From: Catajapyx aquilonaris
Lineage: Eukaryota
Assembly (NCBI GenBank): GCA_000934665.2
Contig: KZ537964.1
Span: 62,001 to 126,000 of the forward strand
DNA: 64,000 nt
Direction: 5' to 3'
This document shows positions 63,394 through 64,000 of the stretch, piece by piece (the stretch's first letter is position 1; the number at the start of each line of letters is the position of its first letter). Made by a program: the position numbers and the translations under genes. The notes under the pieces were generated by a model, which saw only the letters and a program-made list of their open reading frames with translations, had not been told where the DNA came from and searched no databases.

Positions 63394-63666
63394 ATGCGTT
63401 TGGGGAGGTGGCTTGTGTCCTTGGCAACCATAATAATTATACCCGCTCCCTGTTGAGTTTTTTTTTTAATGGAACGATTGGTGGGGAAATATTTCCCCCC
63501 TTTTGGGTTACCAATATTGCATAAAGTGTAAACAAACTTATCTCATTCTTGAGGTTTTCGACATAACGCCCATCTCCTTTGAAATCGAATCCTGATTGGT
63601 CAACCGGTAGGGGGCGGGACTAATAATTGTGGTTGCCAAGGACACAAGCCACCTCCCAAAACACAT
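63394..63666. mobile_element. MITE-like element with ~55-bp inverted arms
   Basis: GGGAGGTGGCTTGTGTCCTTGGCAACCA(T)AAT(A)ATTA ... TAATAATTGTGGTTGCCAAGGACACAAGCCACCTCCC. Confidence 0.75.
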
Positions 63667-64000
63667 GAGTTATCTTGTCCCTAGTGTACAAGGGATCTGA
63701 AGCCACCGTTGCTCTTAGCAAGAGAAGGGATGAGAGGAGGAAGAGGAAGAGTGAGGTACTATCAGTCCAACAAGAATTGTCGCAGCGGCAGCGCACAAAC
63801 TACAATCTACGAGCACAATGACACGAGAGAAGATGATATGTGCTTCGAACATTAACAGTTTCATAAGTTTGGTGTTAATGTGCATTATATGGCTAAATAT
63901 GCTGCTGTGATTGAACCTGATCCAATGTCAATAATAATGCAGTCTTGCGCATTAGTTGTTAATTGCCCATTCATTGTGATGGCTGCACCTAACCCTTATT

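Overview
Eukaryotic, arthropod-like genomic DNA (short 50-90 nt GT-AG introns, a LIM-RA-SARAH RASSF gene, interstitial TTAGG repeats). There is no sign of operons, CRISPR or rRNA. The first ~47 kb has no recognisable protein-coding exon. It holds microsatellites, minisatellites, many short palindromic TA-flanked DNA-transposon derivatives (MITEs), one intact tRNA-derived SINE with a 16-bp target-site duplication (TSD), probable LTR remnants and a 244-nt assembly gap. The last 17 kb holds three intact spliced plus-strand genes reconstructed exon by exon: BRE/BABAM2 (3 exons, 395 aa), a LIM-RA-SARAH RASSF (7 exons, 440 aa) and a CD36/scavenger receptor class B protein (8 exons, 510 aa). A decayed multi-domain C-type lectin gene follows. 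The most unusual structures are a three-level nested stack of hairpin MITEs in the probable BRE 3'UTR, a 2.1-kb foldback element with ~630-bp inverted arms just upstream of the CD36 gene, and an array of about 20 TATCGATA (DRE) motifs. I found no convincing new protein-coding system. The findings are mostly transposon architecture with possible regulatory or dsRNA consequences.
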